NCBI GenBank assembly: GCA_965248445.1
Contig: CBDFJG010000004.1
Coordinates: forward strand, 1,056,001 to 1,120,000
Length of the DNA: 64,000 nt
Direction: 5' to 3'
Origin: Planctomycetota bacterium
Lineage (GTDB): Bacteria; Planctomycetota; JAJSAM01; JAJVHW01
Each line of letters begins with the position of its first letter. The first letter of the stretch is position 1. The position numbers and the translations under genes are program-made. The notes below the pieces were generated by a model. It was not told the DNA's origin. It saw only the letters and a list, made by a program, of their open reading frames with translations, and did no database searches. Positions 9,835 to 21,002 of this stretch are shown here, piece by piece.

Positions 9835-11163
9835 CTACGGAGCGAGCGTTCTGCGTATTCCGGACCCAACGGCGAAACCGCTCGACCAGGCCCACTGGAA
9901 GTTGAAGCCGCCGAGACGGCCGGTCGCATCGCAGACCTCGCCGCAGAAGTGGATGCCCGCGGCGAGCCGGCTCTCGAGCGAGCGGCGGTCGAGGTCGCGC
10001 AGCGGCACGCCGCCGGACGTCACCTCGGCCTTCCTGTAGCCCTCGCTGCCGGTCACGCCGAGGTCGAGGGCGCAGACCGCCACCGCCGCGTCGCGGCGCT
10101 CGCCGCGGGTGAGCTGTGCGAGCGGCTTCTCGTGCGCGGCCACCATGGTCCGGACGAAACGCCGGGGCAGACGCCGCTCGAGGAATGAGCCGAGCGTTCC
10201 CCCTCCTCGCTTCGCCGCCTCCATCAGCGTGCGTTCCATCGCAGCCGGTTCCGTGGCCGGCGGCGGGTCCGGAAGACACGCTCCCGGTGGCTTGCCGAGT
10301 GACCGGTAGGGTGCGAACGCGCCGCCGGGGTCCGCCGCCGTCCACAGGTCAGCCAGCACGCGAAACGGGAGATCCTCGGATCGCGCGCGTTCGACCGCCA
10401 CGGAGACGTCGAGTGCCGCCGGACCGCTGACGCCCCGGTGCGTGAAGAGCAGGCCGCCCGTCGCGTGCCGTTGCACGCGACCCTGTTCGTCCACGACGCG
10501 CAGGATCGCGACGGTCGTCAACCCGGCGAGTGAGTCGGGAGTCGAACCGAGGAGCGGGGCGAGTGCAGGCACGGTCGGCACGATGGTGTGGCCGAGCCGG
10601 CGGGCCAGCGCCAGCCCGAAGCCGTCCGATCCGGTCTCGGGTACGGACAACCCGCCCGTCGAGATCACCACGCGATCCGCGATCAGGTCGTTCGTGACCT
10701 GCCACGCGTCCGCGTCTTGTTCGAGTGCGCCGACGCGGGTACCGAAGCGCGTCTTCACACCCGCGCCCTCGACCGCGCCGAGAAGAGCGGACAGGATCCC
10801 CTTCGCGCGACCCTGCCGCGGGAACAGCTTCCCGAGGGGCTCCTCCGCGAGCTGGACACCGAGGCCCGCGAACAGGTGGCGCACCGACGTCACCGGAAAA
10901 CCGCGCAGCACACCACGCACGAGATGCGGATGCTGCGAGTCGAAGTCCGTGTCCGTGACGGAGGCGTTCGTCACGTTGCATCGGCCGCCGCCGCTGATCA
11001 GGATCTTCTTCCCCGGACGTTGCTGACCATCGAGGAGGACCACCGAGGGCCCGTCGTCGGGCCCCAGCAGCGAGCCGTCCTCGGCCACCGCCCCGCGGGC
11101 CGCGAGGGCCGCTAGGAGCCCGGCGGCGCCTGCTCCGATCACGGCAACGTCCGCGTGTTCCAT
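9835..11163 (-). CDS. HI0933/BaiN-like flavoprotein
   Basis: GAGAAG, GKKILISGGGRCNVTN, LFTHRGVSGP, GGFNFQWAWSSG. Confidence 0.92.
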   Translation of the reverse strand: MEHADVAVIGAGAAGLLAALAARGAVAEDGSLLGPDDGPSVVLLDGQQRPGKKILISGGGRCNVTNASVTDTDFDSQHPHLVRGVLRGFPVTSVRHLFAGLGVQLAEEPLGKLFPRQGRAKGILSALLGAVEGAGVKTRFGTRVGALEQDADAWQVTNDLIADRVVISTGGLSVPETGSDGFGLALARRLGHTIVPTVPALAPLLGSTPDSLAGLTTVAILRVVDEQGRVQRHATGGLLFTHRGVSGPAALDVSVAVERARSEDLPFRVLADLWTAADPGGAFAPYRSLGKPPGACLPDPPPATEPAAMERTLMEAAKRGGGTLGSFLERRLPRRFVRTMVAAHEKPLAQLTRGERRDAAVAVCALDLGVTGSEGYRKAEVTSGGVPLRDLDRRSLESRLAAGIHFCGEVCDATGRLGGFNFQWAWSSGFAVGSGIRRTLAP

Positions 11164-11217
11164 GCGGCGGGCACGGTAGCGCTTGGCCGTCCGGGTCGGG
11201 GCATCGAAGATCGCGCG

Positions 11218-12381
11218 ATGCTGACAGCACGTCGCACGCTCATGGCACTGGTCCTGCTTGCCGTTGCGCTACCCGCGCGAGGCGACAACGGCGCACAGCC
11301 CGCACGCGATGCCGCCCGTCGTGCCTATCAGGCATATGAGACGGTGCTCTACGACCCGCCGCGAGCCCCGCGGGAGGGCGACCGCACGGCCTACCTCGCC
11401 GCCGTGGACTCGTGGCAGTCCAAGCGCATGAAGATGCTCGACGAGTTTGTCGCGACGTTCGAGAAGACGGATTGGGAGGGATGGTCGCCGAGCGAGGACA
11501 TCAAGCTCCTCGAGACCGGTCTGCTCTCGGCGGGGGAACGCGCGTACGAGAAGGGCGAGGGCGACCGCGCGATCCGCGCGTACGAGATGCTGATCCGGAA
11601 GGTGCCCGACGCGCGGCGGCGCATGATCTTCCCGGTGCGCAAGCTGCCGCTCTCGTACTTGAAGGCCGGCCGCATCGACGAAGGGCGTCGTCGCACCGAA
11701 GAACTGATCGAGGTGGCGCCGCCCATGTACCGGCCGCGACTTCTCGTGCTGGCCGGCGACTTCGAGTGTCTGCTCGGTAACACCGACGCCGCGCGCGAGC
11801 TGTACCGCCGCTGCTGGGAGTCGGTACCGGACAAACTCAAGGAGTGCTGCGGCACCGAGGCCGACAGCGCACGCGATGCGTGGGTGAAACTGGCGGTCTT
11901 GGCACAGAAGGTCTCCCTCGACGGCGCGGCGTGGTCGATCGGCACCGTACCGGCGCCGCGACCCGGCAAGATGCGCGTGGTCTCCGTCATCGACCTCTAC
12001 CGCGGGTGGGATGTGAACCTCGCAGGCCGCGCGCACAAGCTGCTCGCCAAGTACCCGGACGTCCTCGCCGGGTCGGCGGTGGTCTCGTTCGCCGAGGACA
12101 CCGGAGATGCGAAACCGTCGACTGCGGAGGCGCGCAAGCCGCGCTACGACCAGCGCGGTCCGGTTCGCTTGCCTGCGCGGGAGCGCGCCGCCGAGGTCCA
12201 CCGCAATCTAGGCTGGAGCATGCCGGTCGTCGGTCTTCCGGCCCATCGCCTGCCCGCCGACGTCTGGACGGGCGACTACGACATCGTCGTTGCCGACGAG
12301 ACCGGCAGGGTCGCATTCGTGCGCGGGCCCGCGGAGGACCGCACCGTTCTCGATGCGATCCTCGAGCGCGCCCGGCGATGA
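11218..12381 (+). CDS. Secreted hypothetical protein (TPR-like helices, possible thioredoxin-like C-terminus)
   Basis: Signal peptide and helical repeats; ATGA overlap with the next gene. Confidence 0.6.
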   Translation: MLTARRTLMALVLLAVALPARGDNGAQPARDAARRAYQAYETVLYDPPRAPREGDRTAYLAAVDSWQSKRMKMLDEFVATFEKTDWEGWSPSEDIKLLETGLLSAGERAYEKGEGDRAIRAYEMLIRKVPDARRRMIFPVRKLPLSYLKAGRIDEGRRRTEELIEVAPPMYRPRLLVLAGDFECLLGNTDAARELYRRCWESVPDKLKECCGTEADSARDAWVKLAVLAQKVSLDGAAWSIGTVPAPRPGKMRVVSVIDLYRGWDVNLAGRAHKLLAKYPDVLAGSAVVSFAEDTGDAKPSTAEARKPRYDQRGPVRLPARERAAEVHRNLGWSMPVVGLPAHRLPADVWTGDYDIVVADETGRVAFVRGPAEDRTVLDAILERARR

Positions 12382-14165
12382 GCGTCTCCGCGGACTACGA
12401 GCAGCGGCGCACGGCGGCCCACGACGCCGCGGGGCTCGCGACGTCGCGCGGCAATCGCCTCGGCGATCTTCGTCTGCTGTCGGTGGGTGTAGCGGTGGTG
12501 CTCGGCTTCGCCGCACTCGGCGCGGACTCGGTCCCGTGGTGGACCGTTCTGCTCCCGCTCGCTGCGTTCGCCGCGCTCGTCGTTGTCGACGCGCGCCTCA
12601 TGTCACGTCGGGACGCCGACCTGCGCCGCGTGGATCTGTACGAGCACGGCGTCGCACGGCTCGACGGGACGTGGCCCGGTCGTGGAGCCGACGGCGCTCG
12701 CTTCGCTGACGCGGATCACGCGTACTCGGAGCACCTCGACGTCTTCGGCAAGGGCTCTCTGTTCCAGTTGCTGTCGCGCGCGCGCACCCCACAGGGTGAG
12801 GAGCGGCTTGCCGCGTGGCTCGGCGCTCCGGCGGACCGCGCCGAGGTCCTCGCCCGGCAGGCAGCGGTGCAGGAACTCGCGCCCGGCGTCGACCTGCGCG
12901 AAGACGTGGCGCTGCTCGGTGACGACGCCGCCACGGCCGCCGCGCTGGCCGGGCTGCCCGTGTGGGGGACTGCACCGCCGGAGCTGCCGACCGGCGGGAC
13001 GCGCCTCCTCCATCATCTGCTGCCGGTCCCGGCGGTCGTGGCGCTCGTGCTCTCGATCGCAACGCCGCTGCCGTTCTGGCCCGTCGTTGCGCTGTGGGTA
13101 CTCGCAGCGATCGTGGCCCGCGTTGCCACGCCGGCGGTCGTTCGCGTGACGGAGGCGGTCGACGGGGCCGCGCGCGATCTGCAACTCCTCTCCGGAATGC
13201 TGGAGCGGCTCGAACGCGAGTCGTTCACGGCGCCGCGGCTGCGTGATCTGCACGATCGGATCGTGGTCGACGGCGATCCCGCGTCCCATCGGATCCGCGT
13301 GCTCGAGCGCCGCGTCGGAGCGCACGATCTGACGCGAAACCAGTTCTTCGTGCCCGTTGCTCTGTTCCTGTTCTGGCCTCTGCAGACGGCACACTTCCTC
13401 GAATCTTGGCGCCGGGCCAACGGCACTCTGCTCGCCGGGTGGGTGGATGCTCTCGCGGAGATCGAGGCGCTGCTGTCGCTGGCGGGGCACGCGCACGAGA
13501 ACCCCGACGATGTGTTCCCGGTCGTGACCGAGGGAGACGGTCCCGCGCTCGCGGCGGTCGCGCTCGGCCACCCGCTGCTGACGCGCGATCGCGTCGTCCG
13601 CAACGACGTCACGATCGACGCCGAGCGCCGGGTTCACGTCGTCAGTGGCTCGAACATGTCGGGCAAGAGCACGCTGCTGCGGACGGTCGGCACGAATGTG
13701 GCCCTCGCGCTGGCCGGCGGCCCGGTGCGCGCGGAGTCGATGGAACTGACGCTCCTCGCGCTCGGGGCGTCGATCCAGGTGCATGACTCGCTGCTCGACG
13801 GCGAGTCCCGTTTCTACGCGGAGGTCACGCGAGTCGGTCAGGTGCTGGGTCTCGCGAAGAGCTCCGGTATCCCGGTGCTCTTCCTGCTCGACGAGCTGTT
13901 CCACGGCACCAACTCGGCAGACCGGCGAACGGGCGCGGCAGCCGTCGTCCGCACGCTGGTGGAACGCGGCGCGGCCGGCTTCGTCACGACGCACGATCTG
14001 GCGATCGCCGGCCTGGCCGAGGACATCGCCCAGGGCGTGGTGAACGTCCACTTCGAGGACCGCTACGAGGACGGCCGAATGACGTTCGATTACCGCATGC
14101 GCCCGGGCGTGGTCACACGTAGCAACGCGCTGGCATTGATGCGTGCCGTCGGAATCGACGTCTAG
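12378..14165 (+). CDS. Membrane-bound MutS-related ATPase (domain V)
   Basis: N-terminal TMs; GSNMSGKSTLLR, SRFYAE, LDELFHGTNS, TTHDL. Confidence 0.9.
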   Translation: MSVSADYEQRRTAAHDAAGLATSRGNRLGDLRLLSVGVAVVLGFAALGADSVPWWTVLLPLAAFAALVVVDARLMSRRDADLRRVDLYEHGVARLDGTWPGRGADGARFADADHAYSEHLDVFGKGSLFQLLSRARTPQGEERLAAWLGAPADRAEVLARQAAVQELAPGVDLREDVALLGDDAATAAALAGLPVWGTAPPELPTGGTRLLHHLLPVPAVVALVLSIATPLPFWPVVALWVLAAIVARVATPAVVRVTEAVDGAARDLQLLSGMLERLERESFTAPRLRDLHDRIVVDGDPASHRIRVLERRVGAHDLTRNQFFVPVALFLFWPLQTAHFLESWRRANGTLLAGWVDALAEIEALLSLAGHAHENPDDVFPVVTEGDGPALAAVALGHPLLTRDRVVRNDVTIDAERRVHVVSGSNMSGKSTLLRTVGTNVALALAGGPVRAESMELTLLALGASIQVHDSLLDGESRFYAEVTRVGQVLGLAKSSGIPVLFLLDELFHGTNSADRRTGAAAVVRTLVERGAAGFVTTHDLAIAGLAEDIAQGVVNVHFEDRYEDGRMTFDYRMRPGVVTRSNALALMRAVGIDV

Positions 14166-14233
14166 CGCACATCCAGGAGGGCGCCGATCCCATCAGCGCA
14201 CCGCTGGGTGATCCCGCTCGTAGCATCCCGGGG

Positions 14234-15287
14234 GTGAGAGACCTCTGGAACCGGCTGTTCGTGTCGTTCGGAGCGCTGCTCGTCGTCCTCCTGACCGGGA
14301 CGTTCGGGTACCACGTCCTGGGTGACGGCCGCTGGTCGATGGTCGAGTCCCTGTATATGACCGTGCAGGTCATCACCACGCTCGGCATCGAGACCCTGGA
14401 CGGCTACGGCGACACGCCCACCCGCGTGTTCACCATGCTGTTGCTGCTGAGCGGCATAGGGACGTTCCTATACTTCGCCTCCTCATTGACCGCTTTCATC
14501 CTCGAGAGCGACCTTCGCGAGGTCTTTCGGAGACGGCGCATGCAGAAGCACATCGACAGCCTGAGCAACCACGTGATCGTGTGCGGGGCCGGGCGGACCG
14601 GACGGCACGTGGTCCGCGAGTTGATCGACTCGGAGACTGCGTTCGTCGTGATCGACCACGACGAGGCCCATCTCAAGGCTCTCTATGACGGGGAGGACGA
14701 GGGGAAGACCCCGCACGTCGTCGGCGACGCGACCGACGACGAGATCCTGCTGTCGGCCGGTCTCGAGCGTGCGCGAGCGCTCGTGGCGGCCCTCCACGAC
14801 GACAAGCAGAACCTGTACGTCGTGGTGACCGCCCGCGACGTCAATCCCGGCATCCGAATCGTGACGAAGGCCATCGACGCTCGCGCGGCGGACAAGCTCC
14901 GCAAGGCCGGTGCGGACTCGGTCGTGTCGACAACTCAGATCGGCGCCCACCGCCTGGCCTCCGAGGTGCTGCGGCCGCACGTGACCGAGTTCCTCGAGGA
15001 GATGCTCAACGAGCGCGACATCCGGTTGCGTATCGAGGAGGTGCACCTGCCTCCGGGCTCGCCGATGCAGGGGAAGACGTTGCGCGACGCGCACATCCGG
15101 TCGCATTCGAGCGCGCTCGTGCTCGCCATCAGGGACGGTAAGCAGGGGACGTATACATACAACCCCGGCCCTGACGAGGTGTTGCACGGGGGGGGGGGGG
15201 GGGGGGGGGGGGACTCTGATCGTCCTGCTGCCGCTCGAGGCACTGCCGCGCCTGCGCAAGGGCGTAGAGTACGGCTGGAGTGCGTAG
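14234..15287 (+). CDS. Potassium channel with TrkA-N/C (RCK) domains; frameshifted at a poly-G run
   Basis: Pore TTLG, CGAGRTG, GDATDD; after the G run another frame gives TLIVLLPLEALPRLRKGVEYGWSA* ending at 15287, abutting the convergent gene. Confidence 0.85.
15188..15212 (+). repeat. G25 homopolymer
   Basis: 25 consecutive G within the channel gene. Confidence 0.95.
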
Positions 15288-17000
15288 CTACTCCTCGTAG
15301 ACCGGGTCTCCGCGATGCAGGCGACGAGAGATCAGGAAGGTCTGATCCATCGCTCGGCGCGTCGGGAACTGAGAAGCGATCCATCGCGCGCAGGCAGCGA
15401 GCGCAAGGTTGGCGCGCTGCCCCGGACCGTGGCGATCCAGTTGCCGCCACGCGATGTCGAGTTGCTGCAGAGGGTGGAAGCCGGCGTCCTCCCGGAGCAC
15501 CGCGGCGCCGAGAGCGCCCAGCAGCGCGACAGGGTCGCCACCGGCGGAGACGTGAGTCCACGCGAGCTGTGCCGCCTCGTCCACGTTGCTGCGCCGGTCG
15601 TACGCTGCGAGGAGCTCGTCCAAGATCCCGTCGCGACCGCTCTCGGCCACCGGCAGCCGGGCGGGTGGGACGTTCAGGAAGCGATCGAGGTACACGGACA
15701 TCGCGCCGTCGAGCACGGCGCGGAACAGCTCGCGTGACGGCGCGCGGCGCATGCCCTCGGCCACGGCGTTCGCGTAGGTGAGCGTGTGGTGCACCGTGTC
15801 CCAGTCCGGTGTCTCGTTCACCGTGCCAAATCGCAACACGCGGTGAATCGCGGCCAGGACGACCGCGTCCGCCAGCGCGACAGCAGACGTGCCCTCGCGC
15901 ACGGCTTCCATGAGCGCCGTGATCGTCGCTGCCGGATCGTCGGCGAGCATCACGGAGACGAGTGCGCCCTCGTCGTCGAGCTTGCTCCCGCTTCCGTCGA
16001 CGGCAGGGACGTCGGGCAACGCACTCGTGACGAGCGCCGCCACGTCGATCGGTGCCCGCCACGCGTTGGTCTCCTCCATGCGCTGCATCTGCGCGAGTTG
16101 CGGAACCAGCGATGTGAACAGGACTGCGGTGTCCGCGCCGTCCAGGTGCTCCGCCATCTCGGCGCACTTGAGCGCGTAGTCGAGAGTGTGCCCGACGTCC
16201 GAGTAGCGATGATCGGTGCACGAAGCCAGCACCGCGTCGAGTGCGGCGGTTGCACCGAACCTCGACACGATCGTGAAGAGCACCCTCTCAGCTCCGTCGC
16301 TGTCGCGGACCTCGATTGTCTCTCGGAACCACGCCCGCAGCCCGGCTTGGTCGCGTGTGCTCCCCGACAATTCTGGTAGCGGCCGGCGGGGTGGGCGACC
16401 CGCGCAATCGCGCGCGATGTTGCGTGCGCCGTGGAACAGAGCCCGTTGGCGGTCCACGGTTTCGAGAGCCGGCAGAACGTTGGCCATGGCGCAGAGAATC
16501 GAGAGGCCGGGCTGCCAGCCGTCCACGCGTTCCCGCGCTCCGTACGTCGCGGCTGTACGTAGCGCGACCGCGCGATCGATACCGCCCTCTTCCAGTTCGA
16601 CGATCGCCTTGGCGATCACGAGACCGAGATCGTCCATCAGACCGCGCTGCAGACGCTCGCGGCCGTGCTCACGCGCGTCTCGCGGAGGCAACCGAGGGTC
16701 CACGTACACCTGGCCGTCGCGTTCCACGATGCCATAGCAGGGCGTGTCGTCGGCCCAGGGGTCCAGCGTCGCACCGCACGTGACGTCGAACCGTGCGTGG
16801 TGCCAGTGGCACGCGAGGATGCCGTCCTTCACATCGCCCTTGTGCAGCGGAAAACCCATGTGGGGGCAGCGGTTGTCGAGTGCCCGGAACGACTCACCGT
16901 CCCACAGCACCAGGACCGGCACACCGGCCACTTGCACCACGCTGCGCTCGCGTTCGCGGAGCTCGCTCGCGGAACCCGCCGGCACGAGATCGGTCGCCAT
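15288..17000 (-). CDS. Rieske (2Fe-2S) domain protein with large helical C-terminal region
   Basis: CPHMG...CHWH; ATG at 17000 with GGAGG upstream. Confidence 0.85.
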   Translation of the reverse strand: MATDLVPAGSASELRERERSVVQVAGVPVLVLWDGESFRALDNRCPHMGFPLHKGDVKDGILACHWHHARFDVTCGATLDPWADDTPCYGIVERDGQVYVDPRLPPRDAREHGRERLQRGLMDDLGLVIAKAIVELEEGGIDRAVALRTAATYGARERVDGWQPGLSILCAMANVLPALETVDRQRALFHGARNIARDCAGRPPRRPLPELSGSTRDQAGLRAWFRETIEVRDSDGAERVLFTIVSRFGATAALDAVLASCTDHRYSDVGHTLDYALKCAEMAEHLDGADTAVLFTSLVPQLAQMQRMEETNAWRAPIDVAALVTSALPDVPAVDGSGSKLDDEGALVSVMLADDPAATITALMEAVREGTSAVALADAVVLAAIHRVLRFGTVNETPDWDTVHHTLTYANAVAEGMRRAPSRELFRAVLDGAMSVYLDRFLNVPPARLPVAESGRDGILDELLAAYDRRSNVDEAAQLAWTHVSAGGDPVALLGALGAAVLREDAGFHPLQQLDIAWRQLDRHGPGQRANLALAACARWIASQFPTRRAMDQTFLISRRLHRGDPVYEE

Positions 17001-17029
17001 CCCTCTACCTCCAGCGGCAGGGTAACGGA

Positions 17030-18994
17030 TCAGCCGTCGTCGCCGAGGTCGGCCGTGAGCGCGTCCCACGACTCCGTGAGCGAGCCCAGCTCGGTTTGCA
17101 CTGCGCGCAACTCGTCCGCCAGCCCGCGCGCCCTGTCGAGATCGGCTCCCGGCGCGTACGCATCTTGCAGCAGCTTTGCCAGCTCGTCCTTGCGCGACTC
17201 GAGCTGCTCGACCCGCTCCTCCGTCCGCGCGATGTCCTTCTTGAGCTTGCGGATGCGAGCCTGCCGGCCGCGTCGCTCGTCCCGCTCGCGGCGGGCGGTG
17301 TGCTTGTCCGGTGACGCTGCGCCCCTGCGGCTGCGCAGTTCGAGTGCTGCCTTGCGCACGTGTTCCCCACGTCTGCGCTTGTCTTCCCACCAGTCGCCGA
17401 AGCCGCCGCGGAACGTGTGCAGCCTGCGGTCACTCAGCTCGACGACACCGTCCACCAGTCCGTCGAGGAAGCGCTGGTCGTGACTGATCACGAGCAGTGT
17501 TCCGTCGAGAGTGCGGAGCATCGCCTCGAGCTGCTCGCAGGCCTGGATGTCCAGGTGGTTGGTCGGCTCGTCGAGGAGGAGGAGGTTCACGTCCTCGTGC
17601 ATCAGGCGCGCGAGCTGGAGGCGGCTCTTCTCGCCGCCGGAGAGAGTCCCGACTTTGCGGGTCAGGTCGTCGTAGCTGAACAGGAAGCGGTGCAGGAGTT
17701 TCGACGCCGGTGTGCGGTCGAGTCCGGTCTCGCGTTGACACCAGTCGAGTAGCGTCTCTGCGGGATCGAGCAACTCGTCTGCGATCTGTCGGTACTCGCC
17801 GGCCTTCACCGACTTGCCGAGACGCACGGTGCGGTTCTCCCAGGAACCGTGCTCGAGGATCTCGCGGAACAGTGTCGTCTTTCCGCTGCCGTTCGGCCCG
17901 ACGAGGCACGCGCGGTCGCCATGGGTGAGGAACAACTCGGCACCGTCGAAGATGACGCGGTCGCCGAACGCCACGGAGAGGCCGTCGATGGCCAGGGCGA
18001 TGTCTCCCGCGCGGCCGGAGGCCTTCAACTGCGCGCGGAACCGCTGCTCCGACAGGTCCGGCGGCGGGGCGTCGTCGCGCAGACGCTCGGCCCGCCGTCG
18101 CATGTTCTTCGCCTTCTTGGCCTGACTCGGATCGTCATACGCATTCGCCATGTCCATCTGGCGCCGTGCCTGGAACTCGAGCGCCTCGGCAGCGCGGGTC
18201 GCGACCTTGTGCCTCGTGGCGGCGAGCTCGTCCGCCTTCCTCTTCTGCTCGCGGTACGACGTGTAGTTGCCGGTCCAGCTCTTGAGGCGCCCGCCCCGCA
18301 CGTCCCAGATCTCGTCGACCGTGCGATCGAGAACGTGCCGGTCGTGACTCACCATCACGATCGCGGTCGCGGTCGCACGCACGAACTCGCAGAACCACTC
18401 GATGCCCCACGCGTCGAGGTGATTGGACGGCTCGTCGAGCAGCATCACGTCCGGCGCCGCGAGCAGCACACCGGCCAGGCCGACAGCGTTGCGTTCGCCG
18501 CCGGAGAACATCTCGACCGGCTGGTCCCACGCCTCCTCCGGCAGTCCGAGTGACGACAGCACCGTCTCGATGCGCCGCTGCACGTCCCACGTTCCGGCGG
18601 CGGTCTGTTCCGCCTGCAGGGTCTCGTACTCCCCGAGCAACCGCTCTTGCTCACGTCCGCTTGCGTCCGCGAGCAAGGCTTCGATCTCGGCGAGCCGGTC
18701 CTGCCGGAGGATGTGCGGCTCCATGACGCGCCGCATCTCGTCGCGCACCGTCGCACCCGGCGCGTACTGCGGCTCCTGCACCTGAAACGCGACTCGGACG
18801 CCGCGCTCGCGGACCACGCGCCCGTCGGTCGGCTCCAGCCTTCCGTCGAGGATGCGGAGGAGCGTGGACTTCCCGACGCCGTTCTGGCCGATGACGCCGA
18901 TCTTCCGGCCCGGCTCGATCGCGAGGGTGATGTCGTCGAGGATGGTCTCCGCGGCGTAGCGGAACGAGACGTGGGAAAGCGCGAGCAGCGGCAC
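17030..18994 (-). CDS. ABC-F family ATP-binding protein
   Basis: GQNGVGKST/FSGGE/LDEPSNHLD and GPNGSGKTT/LSGGE/LDEPTNHLD; start uncertain (18994 or 19012). Confidence 0.9.
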   Translation of the reverse strand: MPLLALSHVSFRYAAETILDDITLAIEPGRKIGVIGQNGVGKSTLLRILDGRLEPTDGRVVRERGVRVAFQVQEPQYAPGATVRDEMRRVMEPHILRQDRLAEIEALLADASGREQERLLGEYETLQAEQTAAGTWDVQRRIETVLSSLGLPEEAWDQPVEMFSGGERNAVGLAGVLLAAPDVMLLDEPSNHLDAWGIEWFCEFVRATATAIVMVSHDRHVLDRTVDEIWDVRGGRLKSWTGNYTSYREQKRKADELAATRHKVATRAAEALEFQARRQMDMANAYDDPSQAKKAKNMRRRAERLRDDAPPPDLSEQRFRAQLKASGRAGDIALAIDGLSVAFGDRVIFDGAELFLTHGDRACLVGPNGSGKTTLFREILEHGSWENRTVRLGKSVKAGEYRQIADELLDPAETLLDWCQRETGLDRTPASKLLHRFLFSYDDLTRKVGTLSGGEKSRLQLARLMHEDVNLLLLDEPTNHLDIQACEQLEAMLRTLDGTLLVISHDQRFLDGLVDGVVELSDRRLHTFRGGFGDWWEDKRRRGEHVRKAALELRSRRGAASPDKHTARRERDERRGRQARIRKLKKDIARTEERVEQLESRKDELAKLLQDAYAPGADLDRARGLADELRAVQTELGSLTESWDALTADLGDDG

Positions 18995-19055
18995 GACGCG
19001 TGAACCTACCAACTCCCGGGTCCGTTACGATCGGTCGGAGCGGGAGGAGCTGGCG

Positions 19056-21002
19056 ATGAGCATCGCACGCACGGTGGCTGCTGGTGTGATCGGCTTAGGG
19101 CTCGGAATCGCACTCGGCATGGTCCTGTTCGGCGGCGGTGGTGTGCCAACTGAGCCCGCCCGCGGCCCCGATCCCGTCGAGCCGGCGCCGCGCGCAGCCC
19201 CCGCTCCCGACGATCCGGCGCCGCGCCGCGAGACGCTCCGCATGCGCAAGCCCCGCGAGCGGGTCGGTCCCTCTGCCGAGGTCTCGTCGCTGCTCGAGCG
19301 CGCTGCAGCCGGCATCGCTCCACCGGAGATCCCGGAGGGCGACGGACGCATCGAGGGCACCGTGAAGACGCGCATCGGCGAAGCTGTGGCGGGCGTCGAA
19401 GTGACGGTGGTCGTGCAGGCGAAACCGGTGTCCGGCGCCCGGCCGTGGCGCGAGCGCCCGATCGCCGAGAGGTTCGAGGCGCTCGTACAGGGTGACCGCT
19501 TGCGCGAGGCGACGACGCGTACCGCTGTCTCAGGCGTGGACGGTCGCTACGTCTTCGAACGACTACCCGCCGCGGCACACACCGTCACGGGTGACGCGGA
19601 TCACTATCGCATCTCGCACTCGGGTCAGCACCGGCCTGGTGTGACGCCGGACGCGGTCGTCGACCTGGTCGCAGACCCGGTCGTCAAGGTCCCGCTCGAC
19701 GTGACACTCGAAGACGGCACCGAGCCGGACCAGGTCATGGTGAGCTTCACCTCGGGCGGCGCCAAGATGGCGATGTCGTGGTCGCCGTCCAACCGCGAGA
19801 TGGCGCTCAACCCCGGTACGTACAGGGTGTCGGCCGCGAGTGGCGACAACAAGGAGCTGACTGCGGATATCGCCAGCATCACGTTGGTGCACGGCGAGCC
19901 GGTCGAGCCGGTGGTGCTGGTGCTCGCGTCGCGGCCGGGGATCGCCGGGCGGTTGGTTCTGCCCGAGGGCTCGCCGTTCGTCTGGGCGGCCGTCAGCGCG
20001 GAACTCGTCGGTGCGGACACGACGCCGGAGTCCGTCGCCGCCGGGCAGCAGAAGGCGCAGGCGAATCAGCACGAGGAGTATCGCTTCTCGATCACGGGGC
20101 TGACGCCCGGGCGCTACCTGCTCGTCGCGTGGAACATGCACCAGGGCGGGGTTCTGGCCAGCCGCGAGGTGACCGTTGGTGAGGAGATGGCCGTCGTAGA
20201 CCTCGAGGTGGCAGAACCGGCGCGCGAGGACTACCTCGAAATCGCGGCGTCGGGACCGGACGGCGAGCAACTCTCGGGCTTCCAGGTGCAGCTGCGGTTC
20301 AAGAGCAAGCGGCGCAACTCGACCACCGGTTCGAACCCCGTGCAACGGCCCGACGGCGTCATCTGGGTGAAGCACATGCCTGCCTCACGGACAGGCGGGC
20401 AGTCCGGCACGCACTACGTGGTCGTGACCCATCCGTCGTACGGGACCACGGAGGTCGAGTATCGCCCCGGGCCGACCGCGCGTGCGGACGTCGTGTTCCA
20501 GGCTCCCGCGTTCGTCGACGTGACGGTCGTCGGTGCGCCGGCCGACCTGCTCTCCGCCGGCCTGAAGGTCAATGGCACGGACGCGAGCAACCGCTCCGTC
20601 ATGCAGGGACCGGGCAACACGGACGCCGAAGGGAAAGCGCGCGTGGGACCGTTGCAGCCGGGCGTCGCGAAGCTGAGTGCGATGACGCACACCAATCGCC
20701 GGAACATCGTCCTCGCCACTCACGACGTCACCGTCCGCAGCGGCGACAACGAGGCGCGTCTCGTTCTGCCGTCGCTCCACACGCTCCGCGTCGAGTGCGC
20801 CGATCCGACGGCGCTTGTCGGACAGAGCGTGCGCCTACGGAAGCAGGACGGTGACAAGCGCACCCGGCCGACCATCTATCAGAACGTCCCGGCCTCGGGG
20901 AAGCTGGTCTTCCGGTTCGTGCCGCAAGGCAAGTACGAGATACGGATGGGACGTGAGAAGCGTCAGATCACGCTACCGGGCAACGACCTCGTGCGGTTTT
21001 GA
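19056..21002 (+). CDS. Membrane-anchored protein with repeated carboxypeptidase-regulatory-like beta domains
   Basis: N-terminal TM; repeated 'DGRYVFERLP', 'FSITGLTPGRY', 'FRFVPQGKY' units. Confidence 0.75.
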   Translation: MSIARTVAAGVIGLGLGIALGMVLFGGGGVPTEPARGPDPVEPAPRAAPAPDDPAPRRETLRMRKPRERVGPSAEVSSLLERAAAGIAPPEIPEGDGRIEGTVKTRIGEAVAGVEVTVVVQAKPVSGARPWRERPIAERFEALVQGDRLREATTRTAVSGVDGRYVFERLPAAAHTVTGDADHYRISHSGQHRPGVTPDAVVDLVADPVVKVPLDVTLEDGTEPDQVMVSFTSGGAKMAMSWSPSNREMALNPGTYRVSAASGDNKELTADIASITLVHGEPVEPVVLVLASRPGIAGRLVLPEGSPFVWAAVSAELVGADTTPESVAAGQQKAQANQHEEYRFSITGLTPGRYLLVAWNMHQGGVLASREVTVGEEMAVVDLEVAEPAREDYLEIAASGPDGEQLSGFQVQLRFKSKRRNSTTGSNPVQRPDGVIWVKHMPASRTGGQSGTHYVVVTHPSYGTTEVEYRPGPTARADVVFQAPAFVDVTVVGAPADLLSAGLKVNGTDASNRSVMQGPGNTDAEGKARVGPLQPGVAKLSAMTHTNRRNIVLATHDVTVRSGDNEARLVLPSLHTLRVECADPTALVGQSVRLRKQDGDKRTRPTIYQNVPASGKLVFRFVPQGKYEIRMGREKRQITLPGNDLVRF

